Assembly (NCBI GenBank): GCA_963661295.1
Contig: CAVLBI010000081.1
Coordinates: 1-49,009 of the forward strand
DNA length: 49,009 bases
Source: a bacterium
GTDB taxonomy: Bacteria > Bacillota_I > Bacilli_A > RF39 > UBA660
Direction: 5' to 3'
Both the position numbers and the translations under genes were made by a program. Below are positions 45,061 through 49,009 of this stretch, in pieces. The first letter of the stretch is position 1; each line of letters opens with the position of its first letter. Under the pieces are notes generated by a model. That model worked only from the letters and a program-made list of their open reading frames with translations, searched no databases and was not told the DNA's origin.

Positions 45061-46452
45061 TTGAATGTAGATATTTTATGGTCAAAAATACTTAGTCAAA
45101 TTAAAGACGAAATTACATCTATCTCTTATCAAACATGGTTTTCTGAAACAAAATTACATGAATTAAAAGACGGTAAAGCTTATATAATTGTTCCAATGCC
45201 AATACATAAAAAGCATTTACAGGACAATTATTATGAAATTATATCAAGTAAGCTTGATAATTTAACTAATTCAAGTTATGAACTTAATTTTTTACTTGAA
45301 GAAGAACTTTCCACATTAATTGTTGAGAAAGAAATGAAAAATGAACGGGATATAGTAGAGCAAAAAGGGGATAATTATAACTTTAATATTAATTCAAACC
45401 TTAAACCTAATTATAATTTCGAAAATTTTATTGTTGGAAATAGTAACAGATTTGCGCATGCTGCTGCGTTATCAGTTGCGGAAAATCCTGGAAAAATATA
45501 TAATCCACTGTTTTTGTTTGGAAATAGTGGGTTAGGGAAGACTCATCTGATGCATGCAATAGGTAATTATATTGTTGAAACAACTAATAAAAAGGTTTTA
45601 TATGTTACCAGTGAACAGTTTAGAGAAGAATTTGTTAAAGCAAACAGAAAAGATGATAATGGAACTAATTTTAATTATGTTGATTTCTTTAAGGATAAGT
45701 ATAGAAATATAGATGTTCTTCTTATTGATGATATTCAATTTTTAGGAGGTGCACCTCAATCTCAACAAGAATTCTTCCATACTTTTAATAATTTGTATAA
45801 CGACAGTAAGCAAATAATCATATCATCTGATAGATCACCTGATGATTTAAAACTGCTTGAGGAACGTTTAAGGACAAGGTTCTGTTGGGGATTAACAGTT
45901 AACATATTTCCTCCAGAATTTGAGCTTAGGACAGAAATATTAAAGAAAAAAATAGTGGCAGGTAATTTTGAACAAGATATTCCTGATGATGTAATAGAGT
46001 ATATTGCTTCAAATATCGGTCCTGATGTTAGACAACTTGAAGGTTCTATTACAAGATTAATTGCTTATTCCACAATAATGGGTGGAGAAAAGATAAATCT
46101 TGATTTAGCAATTGATGCATTAAAAGACTTTATAAGTAAAGGAATAGGGGAAAAGAATGATATTCATAGAATTCAGAAGATTGTTTCTGAGTATTTTCAA
46201 ATTTCTGTTGATGATATAAGAAGTAAAAAGAGAAGCTCGAATATATCTTTTCCTAGACAAATTGCAATGTATTTGTGTAGAACTATGACTAGTGAGAGTT
46301 TTCCTAAGATTGGTACAGAATTTGGGGGTAAAGACCATTCTACTGTAATGCATTCTGTTGAGAAGATTGAAAATGAGATAAAAGTTAATAAAGATTTGGC
46401 TAATATTATTGAAAAATTAAAGAAGGACATAGGGGTTGTGAAAAACATGTGA
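45061..46452 (+). CDS. dnaA: Chromosomal replication initiator protein DnaA
   Basis: AAA+ core (GNSGLGKTHL, LLIDDIQFL), domain IV (..KDHSTVMHS..). TTG 45061 (MNVDILWSKIL..) lies ~8 nt after GGGGAGATGG. The ORF-track TTG 45043 is an alternative start. Confidence 0.96.
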   Translation: MNVDILWSKILSQIKDEITSISYQTWFSETKLHELKDGKAYIIVPMPIHKKHLQDNYYEIISSKLDNLTNSSYELNFLLEEELSTLIVEKEMKNERDIVEQKGDNYNFNINSNLKPNYNFENFIVGNSNRFAHAAALSVAENPGKIYNPLFLFGNSGLGKTHLMHAIGNYIVETTNKKVLYVTSEQFREEFVKANRKDDNGTNFNYVDFFKDKYRNIDVLLIDDIQFLGGAPQSQQEFFHTFNNLYNDSKQIIISSDRSPDDLKLLEERLRTRFCWGLTVNIFPPEFELRTEILKKKIVAGNFEQDIPDDVIEYIASNIGPDVRQLEGSITRLIAYSTIMGGEKINLDLAIDALKDFISKGIGEKNDIHRIQKIVSEYFQISVDDIRSKKRSSNISFPRQIAMYLCRTMTSESFPKIGTEFGGKDHSTVMHSVEKIENEIKVNKDLANIIEKLKKDIGVVKNM

Positions 46453-46464
46453 TTTTTCAATAGG

Positions 46465-46557
46465 TTATCCACAACTAAATTTTAGTTAAATCTTTTAAAT
46501 AAAAGGAAAAAATGAGGTTTTAAACTTTTTCCACAGTAATAATATAAATAGTAAAAA
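46465..46557. promoter_or_regulatory. oriC downstream half: DnaA boxes and a candidate DnaA-trio / unwinding tract
   Basis: Perfect TTATCCACA at 46465..46473; TTTTCCACA at 46527..46535, followed after one G by TAA TAA TAT AAA TAG TAA AAA (46537..46557), where every triplet has a central A. Confidence 0.55.
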
Positions 46558-46574
46558 GAAAGAAGGAATATAAT

Positions 46575-47702
46575 ATGAAATTTACAATTAAAAAAGATTT
46601 ATTATTGGATGCACTTATTAAAGTATCTAAAGCTATTTCTACTAAGAATTTAATACCTGTTCTTGCAGGAGTAAAATTTGAGTTAAAAAAGAAAAGATTA
46701 ACTCTAACTGCTAGTGATAATGATATTACTATTCAAACATCTATAGATTCTTTATCAGATGAAGATTTTAAGATAGATAGTGAAGGAAGTATCATTATTC
46801 AAGGTAAATATATTTTAGATATAGTTAGAAAATTACCTGATAAATATATAAATATTGAAGTTATTGACGAATTAAAAATATTAATTTACACAGAAAATAG
46901 TGAATTTAACTTAAATGGTATTAGTGAGAGTGAATATCCTAATGTTGGTTTAGAAGAAAGTAAAAAGAAAGTTAATATTAAAGCAGGAACTTTAAAGAGC
47001 ATAGTAAATCAAACTGCTTTCGCAACATCTACAGAGGAGAGTAAACCTGTTCTTACTGGTATTAATTTTAATATTGTTGGTGATGTTTTAGAATGTAACT
47101 CAACAGATTCTTATAGATTAGCTAGAAAAGTAGTTAAATTAGAAAAGTCTAGTGAAGATAACTATAATATAGTAATTCCAAGTCATAATTTACTTGAGTT
47201 TACAAGAATATTAGGCGATGATGATGAAGAAGTTGAATTACATATATTTAATAATAAAGTTTTATTTAAAAACGGAAATTTAAAATTTGAATCACGTTTA
47301 ATTAATGGAACATATCCAAATACATCTAATTTATTACCTGATGATTCTTATTTAGTAGTAAGTACTAACTTAAGTGATTTCTATAATGTTATTGATCGTG
47401 TTAGTATTTTAACTAGTGATAAAGAGAAAAACATTGTTACTTTAGAGACAAATGGGAATATTTTAACATTAAAGAGTAGTTCTGCAGAAATAGGTAGAGT
47501 AGAAGAGAAGATGACTATTTCTAAGAATAATAGTGAAGATATAAGAATCTCATTTAGTGCGAAGTATATGATGGAAGCATTAAAAAGTTTTTCAACAGAA
47601 ACTGTTGATTTACATTTTGTAGGTGAAATTAAACCAATATTAATTAAATCAACTGAAGATGAAACTCTTACTCAACTTGTTTTACCAATACGTACTTATT
47701 AA
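46575..47702 (+). CDS. dnaN: DNA polymerase III beta sliding clamp
   Basis: Three-domain clamp pattern (MKFTIKKDLLLDALIKVSKAIS.., ..LVLPIRTY), GAAGGA RBS. Confidence 0.96.
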   Translation: MKFTIKKDLLLDALIKVSKAISTKNLIPVLAGVKFELKKKRLTLTASDNDITIQTSIDSLSDEDFKIDSEGSIIIQGKYILDIVRKLPDKYINIEVIDELKILIYTENSEFNLNGISESEYPNVGLEESKKKVNIKAGTLKSIVNQTAFATSTEESKPVLTGINFNIVGDVLECNSTDSYRLARKVVKLEKSSEDNYNIVIPSHNLLEFTRILGDDDEEVELHIFNNKVLFKNGNLKFESRLINGTYPNTSNLLPDDSYLVVSTNLSDFYNVIDRVSILTSDKEKNIVTLETNGNILTLKSSSAEIGRVEEKMTISKNNSEDIRISFSAKYMMEALKSFSTETVDLHFVGEIKPILIKSTEDETLTQLVLPIRTY

Positions 47703-47705
47703 TTT

Positions 47706-47735
47706 AAAAAAAAGAGATTTTTCTCTTTTTTTTTG
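47706..47735 (+). terminator. Intrinsic terminator after dnaN
   Basis: AAAGAGA-tttt-TCTCTTT followed by a T-run. Confidence 0.65.
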
Positions 47736-47802
47736 TATTTTTTTGTCTAAAAAGCTAATAATTTAAGTAGAAAAGTAAAAAAAATTATATATTTCTACAA
47801 AA

Positions 47803-47819
47803 TTCGACATATTTCGACG
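47803..47819 (-). promoter_or_regulatory. Tandem Spo0A-type 0A boxes upstream of comK
   Basis: The minus strand reads CGTCGAA-ata-TGTCGAA (7 + 3 + 7, head to tail). This is 76 bp upstream of the comK TTG and just upstream of a TATAGT at 47824..47829. Confidence 0.5.
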
Positions 47820-47894
47820 AAAATATAGTTTATTATTTTTCAACAAGAGCGACAACTAGCGTTCTAAAATAAATTTTGAAAGGGGGGTTCTAAG

Positions 47895-48353
47895 TTGAAT
47901 AACAAATGTGAATATGAGTTCAACAAAGGAACTTTGGCAATTATACCTAACGGTAAAGAATCTAGTTTAATTTATGAGGATGAAAGCAGATATATTATTG
48001 ATGATAATCCTTTGAATATTATGGAAGGAAGTTGTAAATACTTTGGAAGTACTTTTGATGGTAGAATTCAAGGAGCTAAAGATATTTTAGGAGCTGAGTA
48101 TAAGGTACCTATTATTGTTGAAGATTCAAATAATTTGGTTGTATTTCCTACATCATCTCCTAAGTCTAATGATTGTTGTTGGATATCTTTAAATAGAGTT
48201 GATAATATTTATAGAATAGATAATGATAATACTAAAATAGTCTTTGATAATGACAGAGAAATCATTGTACCTTGCTCATTTAGATCTATTGAAAATCAAT
48301 TTTCTAGAGCATCTAGATTAAAAACTGTATTGCACAAGAGAAAAAATAGCTAA
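47895..48353 (+). CDS. comK: Competence transcription factor ComK homologue (short form)
   Basis: Aligns by eye along its whole length with my recollection of B. subtilis ComK: YEFNKGTLAIIP / NPLNIMEGSCKYFGSTFDGR / KVPIIVEDSNNLVVFPTSSPKSNDCCWIS / TKIVFDNDREIIVPCSFRSIENQFSRASRLKT. TTG start 5 nt after AGGGGGG (47881..47887). It lacks the last ~35 aa of Bacillus ComK. Confidence 0.85.
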   Translation: MNNKCEYEFNKGTLAIIPNGKESSLIYEDESRYIIDDNPLNIMEGSCKYFGSTFDGRIQGAKDILGAEYKVPIIVEDSNNLVVFPTSSPKSNDCCWISLNRVDNIYRIDNDNTKIVFDNDREIIVPCSFRSIENQFSRASRLKTVLHKRKNS

Positions 48354-48375
48354 AAATGCTATTTTTTCTGTTTTA
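48343..48375 (+). terminator. Weak AT-rich hairpin plus T-run after comK
   Basis: AAAATAGC-taaaaat-GCTATTTT followed by TTCTGTTTT. The stop codon lies in the loop. Confidence 0.4.
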
Positions 48376-48387
48376 AAGGGGTATTTA

Positions 48388-48396
48388 TGGTATAAT
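48388..48396 (+). promoter_or_regulatory. Extended -10 element TGgTATAAT upstream of recF
   Basis: Read directly. It lies ~40 nt upstream of the mini-ORF RBS. Confidence 0.4.
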
Positions 48397-48437
48397 AGGT
48401 ATGTATGTATAGGAATACCATGTTAGGGGGTTAATTT

Positions 48438-48464
48438 ATGTATGTGTCTTATAAGTCGTTTTAA
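48438..48464 (+). other. 8-codon mini-ORF (MYVSYKSF) with a strong SD, abutting the recF start
   Basis: AGGGGG lies 7 nt upstream of ATG 48438. The TAA at 48462..48464 is followed immediately by the recF ATG at 48465. recF has no SD of its own. Confidence 0.3.
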
Positions 48465-49009
48465 ATGAAAATTAGTAAAATTAAATTAGTTAATTTTAGG
48501 AACTATTCAAATATGAGTGTTTCATTTAATAAAAATATGAATATTTTTGTAGGTGATAATGCTCAAGGTAAAACAAATATACTTGAATCAATTATAATTT
48601 TGGCTTTAACTAAATCACATAGAGTAGGGAATAACCCTAATATTATTATGTTTAATAAAAATAAGTGTAAGATTAGTGGCGTGGTTAGAAAAGATAAAAT
48701 TATAACAAAAATGGCTGTTGAAATAACAAATGAAGATAAAAAATTAAGTATAAATGGCGATAATATAAGAAAAGTCGCAGATTATATTTCTAATTTAAAT
48801 GTAATAGTTTTTACTCCTGATGATTTAGAAATTATAAAAGGTTCTCCTAGTGTTAGAAGAAATCTACTTAATATTCAATTATCTCAAATTTCACAAAGTT
48901 ATATAAAAATTTATAATGAATATAATAAACTGTTAAAAACACGAAATGAATATTTGAAAATATTATTTAATAGTAGTATTGCTGATAAAAATTATTTAGA
49001 TGTTATTAC
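48465..49009 (+). CDS. recF: DNA replication and repair protein RecF (5' partial, runs off the window)
   Basis: Not in the ORF track because no stop falls within the window. Translation is MKISKIKLVNFRNYSNMSVSFNKNMNIFVGDNAQGKTNILESI..., with FTPDDLEIIKGSPSVRRNLL, matching RecF. Confidence 0.93.
   Translation, partial: MKISKIKLVNFRNYSNMSVSFNKNMNIFVGDNAQGKTNILESIIILALTKSHRVGNNPNIIMFNKNKCKISGVVRKDKIITKMAVEITNEDKKLSINGDNIRKVADYISNLNVIVFTPDDLEIIKGSPSVRRNLLNIQLSQISQSYIKIYNEYNKLLKTRNEYLKILFNSSIADKNYLDVI

Noticed and set aside
47790-47835. ComK-box (AAAA-N5-TTTT) pairs upstream of comK for autoregulation.
   Set aside because: Only one loose match (AAAAtatagTTTA) is visible. In DNA this AT-rich such patterns occur constantly, and no correctly spaced second box could be supported.

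Overview
This window is the replication-origin neighbourhood of a very AT-rich Firmicute that uses the standard genetic code (TGA is a stop). The organism appears to be an endospore former, because SpoIIQ, SpoIIR and ComK homologues are present. An RNA-polymerase delta subunit (rpoE) and a noc-soj-spo0J block point to a Bacilli/Erysipelotrichia-type lineage.

Left of oriC almost every gene is on the minus strand: rpmH-rnpA-yidC-jag-mnmE-mnmG-rsmG-noc-parA-parB, then mscS, DUF951, abgT, ychF, rpsF-ssb-rpsR, DHH, rplI-dnaB, M23 peptidase, yycJ-rlmH-ung, fba, argS, rpoE, prfA-prmC-spoIIR, murA, rpmE, rpiB, spoIIQ, mreB, tagO, a LytTR regulator, csp, hpf and secA. Right of oriC the genes are on the plus strand: dnaA-dnaN-comK-recF. 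DnaA boxes flank dnaA on both sides. One short block at 18.1-21.7 kb (PBP1A-lemA-pta) runs head-on to replication.

I found no rRNA, tRNA, CRISPR array, intact mobile element or recognisable defence system, and no convincing novel multi-gene system. The window is mostly ordinary core genome.

The leads most worth a second look are:
- A decayed integrative-element scar at the left end (1-2.5 kb). It holds a KilA-N pseudogene carrying a perfect 32-bp palindrome, and an in-frame chimera of a truncated tyrosine integrase with the C-terminal half of a radical SAM/SPASM maturase.
- A ComK homologue occupying the dnaN-recF slot, preceded by tandem Spo0A-type 0A boxes. Further perfect 0A boxes lie in oriC and next to an orphan LytTR regulator.
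- spoIIR, which seems to need a non-canonical ATT start. Its Shine-Dalgarno sequence lies in the 3' arm of the upstream terminator hairpin.
- A Noc homologue with a long disordered insert and no N-terminal amphipathic helix.
- Several apparently degenerate enzymes: an SGNH-like protein lacking the Ser and His, and a stand-alone DHH/DHHA1 protein lacking the GGGH histidine.

All family assignments rest on reading motifs in the translations by eye. No database search was run.
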